The notes: generated from the letters alone by a model not told the origin. A DNA stretch of 64,000 nt from Blepharisma stoltei ATCC 30299 (GCA_965603825.1 CBFDEM010000011.1:1116704-1180703); one strand, 5' to 3'. Positions 37,532-51,718 are shown, counted from the stretch's first letter. Program-made: numbers and translations.

Positions 37532-40500
37532 TTAATCATCATCAATTTCTGACCCAGACTCATTTTCCTGTATCTTTTTCGCTTTCCTTAATCCATTACT
37601 TACAAGTATTTTCTCCAAAATCAAATCCAGCTTACTATAAATCGGTATATCCTCATTGCACACCAAATCTGACAGCCTCCCCAAAAAATCAAGAAACTCC
37701 ACAAACTGCATTTTATAGTGAGCCCCATCCGAGTCCATTTCATTTAATATGCTCATTTTGGAAAATGCATAAACCTTTATAAGCTCATCATCATTAATTA
37801 TGATTTTTGCTTTGTCCACAAGTGCTCTGATTGATTTAAATGACAGCCATCTTCCAAGCCTTTCTCGATATTTCGTGAAAATGTTCTGGAGATTTGATAA
37901 ATTGGCCTCAAGGATGTCGTTAACTTCAAGGTTGTAGAGCTTTTCTTTTCTGAATTTGGCAGCTTTAGCAGTCATTGCGTATTTAAATATATGGTCGTTT
38001 AGTAATTTCTCAGTCATTTGAGCAGGTGTTAAAGGAAGATCTTGGTATTTGCAGAGAGCCAATCTTACTATAATTTCATAAAACTCGTATCTACATAGCT
38101 CTTTATCAGGATTATCATCCAATTTTTCTTCAAGCTCTACATTTACAGCTATAAAAATTCTATCAACGGCCGCTTTATTTAAAAACTTTTTATCATGCAT
38201 ATCACATTGATCACAAAAATCGCTGAAATCAAGCCAGCCAATACTAGGATAGTTACTACTTGCTGATAAATATAAAAAGATCTCTTTAATTTCTCCAAAA
38301 TTTGCTAGTAGAACGCTATAAACATCGTCTAACTGTTTAGTGTCTCTAATAACCCTTGGGAGTTTATAATATTTGCTATCATAATCAAACATAATTTTCC
38401 TGGTTTGGTCAGTATCGTCTATATAATTCCTAAAAACAGATTTATTTTTATCAAAAACCCTCCCTACTTGTATATTTTCTGCTTCACTAACAGAAAGCTC
38501 ATATGACCTTAAAGGTATATTAATTTCGTTTACACTGGCTCCTTCCCATGTTCTTTTAGATAGTTCTTTAGTAACACACACATCATTCCCATCTAAAATA
38601 AACCACAAATAATGCTTCCCAGGTGGCAAAAGTAACGAAATTTCATACTTTCCTAGGGTTTCGTCTACAAGTTCTAGTGGGATTTCTTTTCAGTCGTTAA
38701 ATGAAGCTTTTAAACAGATTTTGCAGATTTCTCTGATTTTTTTCCAATTGAAGTTATTAATATTTTCAACGTTTTTAACCTTTTCTAAGCTGATTTTTAG
38801 GTCGTAAATGACCCATCTTTCACATATCCAGCAATGTGGAGACAAAATCCATTGGCTTGAGCCTTTAACTTCTCTTTTCCCCAGCATTCTGGAAAATATT
38901 AACTCATTGGAGTGTCCGAATAGTCTTTTATCTGCATCTTTGGTAGGACTTTCTATGTTTAGCAAATTATCTTTGTGTGTAATTAATGATCTCCCCATTC
39001 TATCTCTCAGTCTAAGATTGATTTTTGTGCTTTGATCTACAGTATAATCATTTCTTTTTAAAAATTTCATAGGATGTGGAACTGATAAAGCTGAATTTGC
39101 TTTCATCCCTACAGTTTCTTGTGCCCCTAAATGAAGTATCATTGAATTCAGCATTTTTCTCGAAATTTTATTACCAGTAAGATGCAGTCCAATCAGGGTG
39201 TTAGACTGTTTTAAGCCGTTAATAATAATTCCTGCATCAGTGTCTGTGATTTTTGTGTGAGAAATATTAAGATGTAATAAACCAGGATGCCTGCTAAAAA
39301 TCTGGCTAATATAAATGCTTAATTCAGAGTCTGGGGAGCTTAAATTGTTTCATGAATAATCTAAAAATTTTAAGCTTCTATTTTTTCTTAAATAAGCTAA
39401 AAATTTTTTAGTGCTTTCAGAAGATATTTGGTTTCATGATAAATCTAGCTCTGTCAAAATATTTTTTCTTAAAACTCTGCAGACTTGGTCCATTGCTAAA
39501 TTATTGAGCCCTAAATCTGAAATATATAGTTTTCTCAAGGTTCTTGAGAGTGGTAAAGCTTTGAGCGCTTCTACAACATTCATTGGTGTAAATCTACACG
39601 CATTTAAATTTATTTCTGTAATTTGAGCTGAAGCTATCATTTTATTTAATTCTTTCGCAAAATTCGAGCCTATTTCGTTTCTGGTATAGTAAAGAGATTG
39701 GATATTGGTATTTGTAGATATGCCTTTAAGCAGATTTGCACCTCCTTGATCAGAAATCCCGCATTCATCCAAATGGATTTGCATTAAATTTTTCATTGTT
39801 TTTATAGAGTCACTTATAGCTCTGCAGAGCTGGTCATTCATTTTATAGCGATTTAATATTAAAGAATGCTCTTTAGCATGTGCGAGCACTGGAAGTGGAG
39901 GGATTTGCTCTTCAGTGCATTTTTTACTGAAAACTGATAAAGAGGAGTCTTCATCATATTCATTTTTAGATCGGCCATATTTCCGATATGCATCATAAGC
40001 ATTTTCTTTGCTTTGAATTTCACTATACAAGCTTTCTATTAATGGAGTTTTAGTGTTTTGTAATTCTTTTCGGAGATCTTCTATTAATCCTTCATTTTTT
40101 TCAGTATCCTGAGTAAATTCATTAGTAGATCTCATTAAATTTTCAATTGATTTTTTCTTTTCAATTTTTTCTTTTACTTTCCTCAATATTTTTCCTTGGA
40201 TTTTTAAAGGTGAAATAGGCGGATTTTTTAATGTTGGGGTAACTGAAATGTGCCTAAGCGAAATATCAGAAAAATTAGTGGGAGAAGGATTGCTGTATAA
40301 TGAATTATCCTTGTGAGGGGATTTTCGGATACTTTCCAATCTGTCTTCAATTTCAGTTAGAAAAAAATCAATTTTCCTTTGTAAAGAAATAGCGTCCTTT
40401 TTACCACTTTGTCAGGACTCGTCGTTTTGAGTGATAAATGAAGGCTGAATGCCTGGAGACTTGATTTCTGGTAAGTGAATGTTATCTTTCGTTTCCAAAA

Positions 40501-40564
40501 TTGGAGAAATAATATGGGTATGCTCGTTTCTTAAATAAAGAGGACTATTTCTCTCAGTTGCCAT
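37532..40564 (-). CDS. Ribonuclease-inhibitor-type leucine-rich repeat protein (~1010 aa) with a C-terminal helical/EF-like domain
   Basis: One frame from ATG 40564 via TGA=Trp, giving canonical LRR units ELDLSWN and ILDYSWN, plus SFNDW...PPGKHY (CBM/E-set-like). Confidence 0.82.
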
Positions 40565-40752
40565 AAATTATTAATTAATTTTTAGAGTGATTTTGCTTTC
40601 CGAGGTATCTATTGGCAATGACAAATAATATTGAAAGAATTTTATTGTAAATAAAGGTGCTATATATTTTCAGTTTATACTGAAGCATAGGCTAGAGATT
40701 TTAATAAAATTTAATTTAATTAATTAATTTCATATATAAGCAAAAGAAGATC

Positions 40753-41493
40753 ATGGAAAAAACCTTAGCAAATTACACAAAAAAGCTTGCAAGAGTCCTA
40801 ATTATCGGAGGGGCAAGTTTTCTATCAGTTTATGGAGGATTTGCTTATATAGCCTACCAAAATAGAAAAGAGTACTCAGATCTTCTTCAATCTCTTCAAG
40901 AAAATCCTCCTCCAAAGTCTCAAGCTCCAGACCTTGATATAGGTGACATATTCTATTTTGATCATGATTGCATCAAAAGTTTTTCGGTAAGAGACATGAG
41001 AAAATGCGCCGTCCATAAAATGTACCACAGATCTGTATCGTCTGAAGAAGAATCTGCAAGGTACAGACAAGGAAAATGGCTGAATTCAGCAATAGTCATA
41101 AAATCAAAAGACGAAACCAAAATTTTTCATAGCTATTATGGAAAACTATACCAAAATAATTATAATGAATTTGTGAATCTTCCTTACATCTCACAAATCA
41201 GTATGAGAAAATTGGAGACTGGTATTCCAGAGCTAGAAGCTAATAGTCACGATTTTATTGAAGAATTCAAAGATTTAATAGATATTGTAAATAATTCGTG
41301 GCCAAATCATTCTGCGGATATTTTTAGAGATACAATTGATCTAATTTTGAACTTTTGAATGAAAGTTGGGATCGCAGACACAGCAAAAATTTATTTATCA
41401 TTAAAGCAAGGTATAGGAGACATGGATCTTGAAAATCCAACTTTACTTAATAGCACTATTGCTAAATATTCTAAGCCAATCTCAATTAAGTAA
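40753..41493 (+). CDS. Hypothetical protein with an N-terminal membrane anchor (246 aa)
   Basis: The ORF reads through TGA at 41356 to TAA at 41491-41493. Hydrophobic segment VLIIGGASFLSVYGGFAYIAY. Confidence 0.65.
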
Positions 41494-41664
41494 ATTTCGT
41501 TAAAGCTTTTATATAATAAATATACAAAAAATCAGGCCAATTATTAAATAAAATATTTATTAGTTGACCTCTATTTATGAAGCTCTCAATGCTTAAAAAT
41601 TAACTAAACCATTTATTCAGACGTATTAAATCTTAAGTTTAGCCTCACGCAAATTAATTAAAAT

Positions 41665-44600
41665 TTAATGGCTGAAAATGTATTTCAAAGGCGGGAGCTT
41701 CATATGAGTCCTATCTTCTGCTGAGACTGCATATAAGATAAGACAAACTGAAGTTTTTCCATCTGTTTTGTCTTCACTAATTTCTCTATATAGCTCATAA
41801 ACTTCTTTCTTGAATATTTCATCTTTATTACCTGCCATATATTTATTAAACAGACATTTAGTACCACAACCAATCTGTATCGCCAAAATCTTGTATTTTT
41901 CTTTTAAGTTCTCAATTAATTCTTCTATCGTGCAAGGCCCATCCACTACAATTTCATCCCATTTAGTAAAGCCATCATTATATGCTTTCTTAGGAGCTGC
42001 CAAAGTTTCATCATAATCTACAGATTTAATCATTATTGCAGGCTGAGGTTCGAGAAAAGAAAAATAAGAAATGGCCAAGTTCATAAAGCAATCCCTCATT
42101 TTCTCTATTTCAAGCCCAAGAGTATATTTAATAAACTCAGCGACCACAATTCCAGCAATAACTGCAGTGGTTGTTGCGAGGGCTGGATTATTTTTCCAGC
42201 GATTACCTTGGTTTGGTGCCTTTCTATAGTAGAAATTCGGTAGTTATTTGCCCTCAAACTTGAAGCATTGTGGATAAAATCGATATGAAAATTGCTGTCA
42301 TCATCTTTTTCAAAGGAAATTGGGGTCATAGGCTTGATATTTTCTAGTGAAAATCCTTTGAGCCAGCTTATTAGTTCTTCTTTTAATTTAATTTCAGCTT
42401 CTGATGCAGGCCGCTGCTCTTCATTATCATCTATTTTAATTTTTCTTGGGATAAATTCCTTAACCTGGACTTTAGACGCAATTTCTTTTATGTAATTTCT
42501 GTCTCTATTCTGAGGGATATTAAGGTTAAAGGCTAGCAAATTTGCATAGGATTCTATAAAGTCTATATGATTTTCTTTTTCTGTGTCAAAAATACAAGGC
42601 TCAGGCAGCCTCCTGGTCCCTGTCCAAAGATCTTTACCATGCTTGTCTTTTGTGCCGGGCGGACATTGATGTAGTAAAGACCTTATTTCTTCATAAAAAA
42701 GCTCATTAAACTTATGTCTTGCTATTATAATACAATCATCAAAGCTGCTTATCCCAGAAAGTTCTAAAAATTCTTTTAGCAGCTTTAACTGGGCCATCTG
42801 CATATCAAAATGCCCAATACTTCCCAATTTTTGTAAATAAGCCTCTGGGTTTTCTAAATATTTATTCAACTCATCAGGGCCAGAGGTAAAGAAATCTGAC
42901 AATTTTTCTCTTGACCAATCAATACAATGAGAAATTTCATATGGATAATGCTTCAAAGTGCATGATTTAGCTTTCGTTTCTGTTGGCTGTGGGGTATCTT
43001 CATAGCTTTGGGTCAGATATGGAATGATTGCTTGGGAGTTTGCTTTTGTCCCTTCTGTTCCGCTTTCAAAAAGTGGCTTTTTGTAATAAACACATTTTCG
43101 GTCAATAAAAATTCGTGCACTGGCATTATCAACAGCCCCAAAAACTGCATTTAATTTCTCCCAAAACCTATCATTAAACAAGTTTTCTGTTTCTGGGCAA
43201 GCTCTGTTTTTCAAAGCAGTGACATTTATTTCTGGGTTCATGATTTTCGCTATCCTTGTAGCACATTCACTTTTGGATTGACCTACATTGGTAATATTGA
43301 ATAAAAACTGCCTTGTCAGGTTTGAGATTTCTACATTATCGTCGTCAGTGACTGTAAGCTCTCCAGTCCCACAGCAAACTCCGGATAATGCAAAAAGCTT
43401 TAAAAATTCGCAGCCTAAAGCACCAGATCCGACCATAAATAAATTGGCTGATTTAAGCTTGTTTAGTCCTTCTTCTCCTATAATTGCTTGGAGATCGTGA
43501 TATCTTGAGTCAGAAATACTTGCAGATGGCTGAATTAGCTCAAACCAGTCCATATGTAGCCACTGCTGGATTGGGGTAAATTTTCCTGTGAATTTTATGA
43601 CTTCTTGAGCTGCAATTCCGCCAAATATTGATGTGATTGGAGAAATTTGTAGCCTTGCGTATTTTGAGACGTTTTTAATGACAGATTCATCAATTGTTTC
43701 TAATGAAAAGTCTTCTGAGGCTTCATTAATTTCTCTTGCATAAGCCACACAAAGATTTGCGTGGTCCTCATTATGGATTTCAGGAAGAAATCCGTGGATT
43801 TCTTGGAATTTTCTGATAGCAAGCATGGCTAAATGTAAATTGGCAGGTCTGTTTTCTTTTAAGTAATCAACATGCATAAAAGGCTTTAATCCTTCAGGAT
43901 TTTTAATAGAAATTTCATAAGGCCGGAAATCATAATGGAAAGGTTTTCTTACTTCTTCAACTGTCCCATATTTTATATAATCAGGGTAATCTGTGGTATC
44001 TTCATCTATAGAAAAGCTGTGCGGGTCAATATAAGTGACCTTTCGTTCTCTGCCATCATTAAGAGGAGTCATTCCTTCGACTTCTTTGAACTTTATGTAG
44101 TCTCCGTCCTGAAACCAATGCTTGTCCTCATCATTTAGCTTCACAACTCCAGGATTGCTTCTGCTTATATTTCCAACCAAGTACGTTCTTAAGGCTGATC
44201 CATTTTTGTCAGAAATTTCAAAATTATCCCCAAAATCTACAAAAACGTGCCCAGCTGTCCCCCATGTTTCGACAGACACAAATCCAACCTGTGGGCTTAA
44301 GTCTCGGCAAATGGAGTTAACCCTTATAAGTGTGGCACTATCACTTTCAGTGAGAAGGACTAAAGAGTGTTGAGAAATGACTTCTCGAGTAATTTCTCCT
44401 CTGTGGATATTTACTGAGACATTTGGGTTGAGCGCTTGAAGCTTGGAGATGACTGATTCAGCTCGATTTTGGCTGACATGGGATTCATTTATGAAAAAAT
44501 TGGTCCCTAAATCGGAGAGAGAAATTATAGCATCATCATGCAAAGTGACTGTATGGAGGCCAGCTAATATTAAGTTTTTAGCGACTTCAAGACCAACCCC

Positions 44601-44702
44601 ACGGAGTCCAGAAACTAAAACGCGTAAGGTGAAAAGCTTTTTTTGAGTAGCCATACCGATGGCAGCAATAGAGCGTGAATAGAGATTATCTTGATTTGAC
44701 AT
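41665..44702 (-). CDS. UBA1-like ubiquitin/Ubl-activating enzyme E1, copy A (~1012 aa, apparent 1-nt frameshift near 42185)
   Basis: LYSR...GLRGVGLEVAKNLILAG, GSGALGCE, SNLTRQFLF, catalytic SCTL (Cys codon 42960-42962), FEKDDDSNFHIDFI. Adding one C restores GKIIPALATTTA as in copy B and joins the UFD ORF 41665-42147. Confidence 0.92.
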
Positions 44703-45186
44703 TTATTAATAAATTGTAGAATCACTTAAATATGAATAAAAAGTTTGAAAAAATGCAGAGTACTTAAGCTATGTAATGAAAGTCAGCTTGTGAGAAGTTT
44801 GCATAAAGGAAATAAGATAAGTAGAGACTCTGAAATCTCTTCTGTCATAATTTAGAAATGATCTTGGCTAATGCTTAGTTGGATTAATATCAAGATGAAA
44901 GCTCCATACGATTAGGCCTAAAGAATAGTATTAAATTATGATTTAAGCAATTAAGCAAAAGAAATTTGATTTTTGACATTGGCTCCACATGCTTAAAACT
45001 TCTCACGTGTGGAGTCGGCTCATAATTTCATGAAACGCAAACTGGTCAGCAAGCGGGGAAGTAGCTTTAATTTCTTTTCAATAAATGCTTAATTATATTT
45101 ACCGAAAACTCTATTATAATTTCTGAAGGACTGCTTAAGTCCTTGACATGCCTTAATTCATAAATTTATTTTATTTATTTTTCCTT

Positions 45187-45627
45187 TTATCCCATAGCAT
45201 ACTGCTGAGTCCACTCTCTTGCCCTTTGGTTATATAAGTCCATGTTTTGAGCGCACAATGTATTAATTTCAGTTGAGAACCCGTTTGGACTAGGGTTATA
45301 CAATAGTGCTATCACATAAGAGATTACAGTTCTTACAGTGACTTTTGGCTTCCATCCAGAATTAAAGATTTCGCAGCAAATACGGCCATCAGAAGGATGT
45401 ACGTTCGGGTGGAAAATTTTCGTTTTGAAATAGAAGGTCGGAGGGCTCGCAGGGAAATTTGAAGGGAAAGTTATTTCGAACTTGAACATACCACCTTCAT
45501 AGGGGCTCTCATCAGGACCGTTTAGAGTTCCTCTCCAGTGAAATAGTGATTGATCTACTAAATTTACAGTGATGCAAGGCTCAGGTATTTCTAGAAGATT
45601 GTTAAATTCATTCGTGAGTCGCTCCAT
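45187..45627 (-). CDS. Divergent E2 conjugating enzyme (UBC fold)
   Basis: GPDESPYEGG, FPSNFPASPP, HPNVHPSDGRIC (catalytic Cys), W-x-P. Confidence 0.95.
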   Translation of the reverse strand: MERLTNEFNNLLEIPEPCITVNLVDQSLFHWRGTLNGPDESPYEGGMFKFEITFPSNFPASPPTFYFKTKIFHPNVHPSDGRICCEIFNSGWKPKVTVRTVISYVIALLYNPSPNGFSTEINTLCAQNMDLYNQRAREWTQQYAMG

Positions 45628-46266
45628 TTTATTTCTATAAATTTAAAATGGTAATTGATTTTAGGTTTTTATAAATTTTGATTAAAGATTGAATAATATG
45701 AACTTAATAGTTTCAAAATTTATTTTGACTTGGACAAAAAGTAATCAATAAATTTGAATTGTTTAATTATAAATTATTAAAAATAATTATCAAAAATATT
45801 TGAAAATTAATTATTTCTTTAGCTCTGTTCTCACTTATATTATTGGTTTTAAAATCTCTATCTTGGCATAAAATATATGAATAGCTCAAAACTAAAGCTT
45901 CAGTATTTAATTTTTGATTAATTAATTTAGAGAGTTACTTTTTTAAAGCTAATTAATCATTATACATATAGTAATATTTTACCTATTAGTATAATAAACT
46001 CGCACATGAACTAATAATAAAAATTAAATAAGCCAATATCTAATAAAATGATTATTTATTTAATAAATTTTACATGCTGCAAATTCCAACAAATTTAATT
46101 AGTTGTGTTTAGAATCTTAACTATTTATTTAATCTCAGTTTCATATTTGAAATTCGTTATTTTTGCAAGTTTTGCCAATGAAAGTCTTCAATAATTTTCT
46201 CTCTACAATTTTTTTATAATAGATTAAATGCTCTCTATACTTATTTTATATTATAATAACCAGATC

Positions 46267-46701
46267 TTATTTAGCAAAATCAGCCGTATATCGCTTTGCC
46301 TCTCTTTCATAAGCTGATACATTGGCTCTCATAGTATTGCATGCATCATTAACGTATCCTTGCTCAGGGCACGGCTCAGCTAGTAAATGGCAAATAGCAC
46401 AAAGGACAGCTCTCATTGATATTCCAGGTCTCCAAGCAACGCTTAATATTTCGGAGCATACTTTACCCTCAGAATTCACATTTGGATGATAAATCCTTGT
46501 ACGGAAGAAAAACTCAGGGGGAGATACTGGGAAATTGGAAGGGAAAATTATATCAAAGCGGAAGTTTCCACCTTCAAAAGGAGTTTCTGGAGGACCAATT
46601 AATAGACCATTCCAGTGCAGCATGTCTTGACCTAGGTTAATTTCGATTCCTTTGATAGGATTTTCCATGAGTTTATTGAATTCTTGTAATATTCTATCCA
46701 T
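46267..46701 (-). CDS. Divergent E2 conjugating enzyme (UBC fold)
   Basis: GPPETPFEGG, HPNVNSEGKVC (catalytic Cys), WRP. Confidence 0.95.
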   Translation of the reverse strand: MDRILQEFNKLMENPIKGIEINLGQDMLHWNGLLIGPPETPFEGGNFRFDIIFPSNFPVSPPEFFFRTRIYHPNVNSEGKVCSEILSVAWRPGISMRAVLCAICHLLAEPCPEQGYVNDACNTMRANVSAYEREAKRYTADFAK

Positions 46702-47165
46702 TTTATTATATCAATTATTTTTGATTCTATAAATTTTGTAAATTTTTGTTCTATTTATGAATTTAATCAAAGAAGAAATCTTTGTGATGTAAAAATATGA
46801 ATATTTCTCTTTCGGAATTATTATCAAGATAATTTCCAAGTAATTATAATAAAAGCATTTTTAATCATAGGAAACTGTTTTTAATTTTATGTAAGAGTTT
46901 TGACTAGTAGAAATAAGGGCTGAAATAAAAGTAAGGAAAAATCCATGATGAAAATTAAGTGTTCAAGCTAAAATTAAAATATTTAAGCTTTTATAAGAGA
47001 CGCTAAGTGTCTTCTATTTACTTTTGGAAGGTAATAAGAAATTAAAATTTTATAGTAAATTATTATAATAATAAATTAAATGAATTTTAGAAAAATTAAT
47101 GCACCATATTTTACCAAATACATTTATAGAATCTTGGAATGAATTGAAATTTATAATAAATATAA

Positions 47166-49439
47166 ATGCCTACAAGAAAAGGCTCACTTTCATGAGCTTC
47201 AAAGGCAGCTATTTCTATTATTGAATGCAATAAAGATCGACTATGTATCGATCCAAATTCGCCAATAGGCAAATTATTAGCAGATTTTGAATCAAGCTTG
47301 GAGTTTTTACCATTTAGGGAAGAAAAATTCGTAGTTAATATTCTTGAATATATTTCTAAAAATTACGATCCAAAATACTTCGAAACAGTTCAAGATTCCA
47401 ATATCAACGTAAAATATCTTAAAAAAAAAGATGAAGAAACTTACTTTTTTGAACAAATAAAAGCTAAAGAAGCACCTTTAGTTTTACTTAAAAGGCATAG
47501 TGAGGATAAACCATATGCTTATTTTGAAAGAAACAATGGAACTGTTTATTTATTAACAGCGCTTTTTACTCAAAACGTGTTGAAAAGATTATATTGCAAT
47601 TTCGGAAACCAATGGAAAAATCTCAGTGAAAACCCAGATGATAAAACACCAATAAAATTCAGAGAAGAAACTGTATACATTTATACAAAAATCAATAAAG
47701 AAGATCTTGATAAAGAAAAGGTCGATAAAATTCTTCCGTCCGAATGAGAAGGACATATAAAAGAAAACCTGCGAGAGTCTATAACAATATATTCCGTTAG
47801 CACAAATCAAAACCAGGCTGGGATAAAAATACCAAAAGATATTGAAGCTCAGCAGGAGTTAAAGCAAAAAATCCAAAATAAAAATGATGAAATACAAAAT
47901 TATAAAGATCAATTAGAGAAATCAAAAATTGAAAATGAGAAATTAAAAGAAACCATAAAAAGTTTAAGTGGCGAAAAAGAAAAAAATATCGAAATTCGTC
48001 AAGGGCTAATAAATGAAAATGAGAAATTAAGAGATCTCATAGAAAATTTAAATGTGAAAATAAACGAAAAAAATGCTGATATCAGTAAAGAATTGCAAAA
48101 AAGTAATTCAGCCCAACAAGAATTAAGCAAAAATATCCAAAATAAAGAGCAGATGATAGAATATTATAAAAATCAATTATCATGTTTGGAAAATGCAAAC
48201 GAAAAATTGCAAAAAGAGCTAAAAATAATAAATGATGAATTAAAAGAAAAAAACATCAAAATTGATTCGCAAAATCAAGAAATTCTAAATAGAGACGATA
48301 TAATTAAAAACTATAAAGAACAATTTGAGGAACTTACAAACGAAAGAAATAAATATCAAAAAGAAATAAAAGAACTGAAAATTGAACTTCAAAAAGCAGT
48401 AGATGAAAATATAAATTTGTCTGCAATTAATGCAATTCTACAGAAAGAAGCTGAAACCGAAGCTCAATCATTAATCCAAGTAAAAGAAATTTATAAAACT
48501 CAAAACGAAGCCTTAGTTCAAGAAAGGGAAAATCTTCAGCCTCAATTAAAAGCATTAAGTGAAGAAACTAAAGAATTCAAATCAATAAGCCTGCCTCCTA
48601 GGATTATAAGACGTCCAATAATTTATGACGGGAAAAAATCAGGGATTCCTAATATAGGGAATACCTGCTATCTTAATTCACTTCTTCAATTGCTTGCGAG
48701 CAACAATGAATTTTACGATAAAATCCAGCCTATCGAACATGAATTATTTTCTTCGTTATCCTCACTATTAAAGAGCATCAGAAATCCTGGATCCTATAAT
48801 AATACCGATCAACTTGTTAGGTCCTTTAAATACCAACTTGGTGCAGAATTCCCAATGGTAACCTTTATATAGCTTGGAAATTCATCTCAGCAAGATTCTA
48901 AAGAAGTAATGGTGATGCTGACAGGCATACTATCAGAATTAACTAATATAGACTCTATTTTTACAACTATCTATAAACAAATATTTAAATGCCATGCTTG
49001 TGGAAACAAAGCTAATAGGGATGATACAAATATTTTTATTACAGTTCCCAGGGGTAAATCTCGCTCTATACAAGAATTTTTACCAATTTTAAAACAGCCA
49101 AAATATTACACCGGAAGTAACCAATTATTTTGCGAGAATTGTCAAAATATGCAAAATATCACGATGGAGTGTGAAGAAATAATTTGGCCATCTACAGTTA
49201 CCTTTTACCTGCCCTCGAATAATGGGAGTACTAAGATTAATGAAGAATTAAATATTGAAGGAACTACTTATAGATGGTATGGATTAATATGCCATTATGG
49301 AAATTCACAATTTGGACATTATAAAGCATATACGTGGGATACCAAGAATTGGACTGAATATAATGATTTCAGTGCAAAAATTGATAAAGTCGATGTGGCA
49401 AATGGCTATCTAGCCTTTTATGCAAGGGCTGAGAGTTAA
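47166..49439 (+). CDS. USP/peptidase C19 protease A (~752 aa): unknown N-domain, coiled coil, compact catalytic domain; intron 48858-48872
   Basis: One frame from ATG 47166 via TGA=Trp. Cys box GIPNIGNTCYLNSLLQ, QQD directly after the 15-nt intron, His box GHYKAY, and YND. Confidence 0.9.
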
Positions 49440-51184
49440 TAAGAATAATAATTCTTAATTAAAATTATCATAAATATAAATTTAAGAATCTTAATTTATT
49501 TATTATTATTTACATAGATCAATTCATTTTAATTACATGACTTCTTGAAAAGCCTATAAAATAATTTTTTAAGCAATATTTATTCAGTCTCGATCCTAAT
49601 TTTTTAAGCAGCTAATTATTTGTTAAAAATATAAATTGCTAATAATAGATTATCTCTAATAAAAGTTGCATTTACATTTATCTTTTATATATTTCTATTA
49701 ATAAGTTTTAAGACTTAGAGTTATTTAATTTAATCTTTAATTTAATTATAATAAGTTTAAAATATAACTAAATTTTATTATTATATGGCGATTACAGGCT
49801 TTTTGTCCGAAAAGAGCTTAATTATTATTTTAATTTAAAGTGTAAGCGCTCCACCATTTTTGGCTAGGTCATCAAAATTAGTTCTTAACCAAACTGAATT
49901 GCTAGGAAAAATGCATCTGAATATTTTGATACTCTAGGCGTATTGCCAGTACAGTCATAGCAAACCTCGTTGCCTGGAACTTTACTTGAAATATATCGAT
50001 GCGCAAAATTATCGAGTATTGACCAAATAAATTTTAATTCTTAATTTCAGCTTTTGTGGAAATAACAAGAACATCTTTCTTTGATTTTTTCAATTAATTT
50101 TTCAATTCACAACTTTCTATTGTATTACTAATAAAATCTAATTTTATTTTTACAAATGCTTCTAGTACTTCTACGTTCCTGGTAACTTTGAATATTCAAT
50201 TAATTATCAAAATAATCATTAAAATGGAAGTTTGGCCTATTTTAAGAGTTCAATAAATATATAGTGTAAGACACTCAGTTTATTAGCTATTTTGGGAATT
50301 AAATTATAAAGAGATTGCTTGAGGTGTTTCATTTTAAAGACTTGATAAGATAAATATAAATATTATGAAACCATTAAAAAAGGGTTAAATAACTTAACTT
50401 GAATTATCTTCAATCCCATTCTAAACGCATTTTTCGTAATTTCATGCAACCCTCTATCCAGTAATAGTGTACTTTTGGATCCAGATAAGCATGCATGTTG
50501 GCGTTAATGGCTGCTATCATCAAGCAGGCCTTCTTCAAATAAGAAATTCTCATATTTTTATTACTATCTACAAATTCAAGAATTTAATGCTTAACTGAAT
50601 CGCTAAAAGCATTTGCTGATGGTATTTAAGAACAATAAAACAGAATTTCGGTCATATATCAAAAATTAAAGTGCTCAAGGAAATACGATAAATAAAAATT
50701 AATTTTTTGATTTCATGAGGGTCATACTTTATGCATCTTAAATTTTACAGAGTAATATTAATTAGCAACAATTTAAGAATTTTAGAAAAAATAGTCAAAA
50801 CTTCTTTTAGCTCAAACATGATTATTAAAAGAACCGAGATTAAATATTCGTCCCATGTATCTCCGCCACTTGCTTGCGAATAAGCCTCCACGGTGTTGAA
50901 CATCTTAGACAGAGCTTGGAGTTTGAGATGATGGACCATAATGCAGAATCAATAGCCTAGCTCGAATATTTATGAAGCTAGGCCCTCCATAAGGGCCGAA
51001 AAGCAGCCTGGCTTCAAAATCATTAATTGGGATATTTTATCTTTGTATTTATTAAAATTAGTTCTCGTGCAAAAATTTGCTGTCCTTTTGTCATTTTAAC
51101 ATATCTTTTTGCTATAAATTCATATAAAAAGTTTGCCATTTCTAATTTTTAAAGCCATGCTTCTATAAAACTTAAAAATTATTA

Positions 51185-51457
51185 ATAATTTTAAAGAATG
51201 AGTAACAGGGTGTTAGCAGAGCAATAGAAGTCTATAAAAATTGGAAATATTCATTATTATCAGAAAAAATAGCTGATATTTGTAATGTACCTCAAGAACA
51301 GCAGATGATTACTTTCGAAACGAGAACATTGAGTTTAGCACAGCATAGAGACAAAACCTTAGGTGAATTGGGAATGCAAAATAATAAGATAGTCAATGTT
51401 ATGCATAGGTTCATTGGAGGCAAAAAGAAAAGTTTGGATATTATTTGAATTAATTAA
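51185..51457 (+). pseudogene. Divergent ubiquitin-like modifier 1 with a disrupted 5' end
   Basis: The frame reads IILKNE*QGVSRAIEVYKNWKYSLLSEKIADICNVPQEQQMITFETRTLSLAQHRDKTLGELGMQNNKIVNVMHRFIGG-KKKSLDIIWIN*. It has an in-frame TAA at 51203 and no in-frame start ATG (the ATG at 51198 is out of frame). Confidence 0.7.
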
Positions 51458-51718
51458 AAATATTTCCTCAATAAATTGTATGCACTTTTTATCAATTGTT
51501 TGACGAAAACTAATTGTTGCTTCTTTAAAAAAGATCAAACTTTGCCCGCCCTAATTTATATCAGATCTATTGAAGCTCTAATTCTTAATTTAATAATTCA
51601 GCTTTTGAAACCCTGTTTTTGGTTATTTCTTATCCATTTTAAATTATCAACAGCTGAATTAATTTTTAACAAAATTCTACAATTTAGGACCTAAATTTTA
51701 GAACTCTATAATTATTAA

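Noticed and set aside
49930-50000. ArfGAP gene suggested by PGNEVCYDC
   Set aside because: The second CxxC and the W-A-S motif are absent and the frame is interrupted. It is kept only as a possible relic.
51202-51216. GTAACAGGGTGTTAG as a 15-nt intron rescuing Ubl1, or as an internal telomere seed (AGGGTGTTAG)
   Set aside because: Splicing it from ATG 51198 still gives an early TAG and it lacks the usual A near position 10. A 10-nt telomere match can arise by chance.
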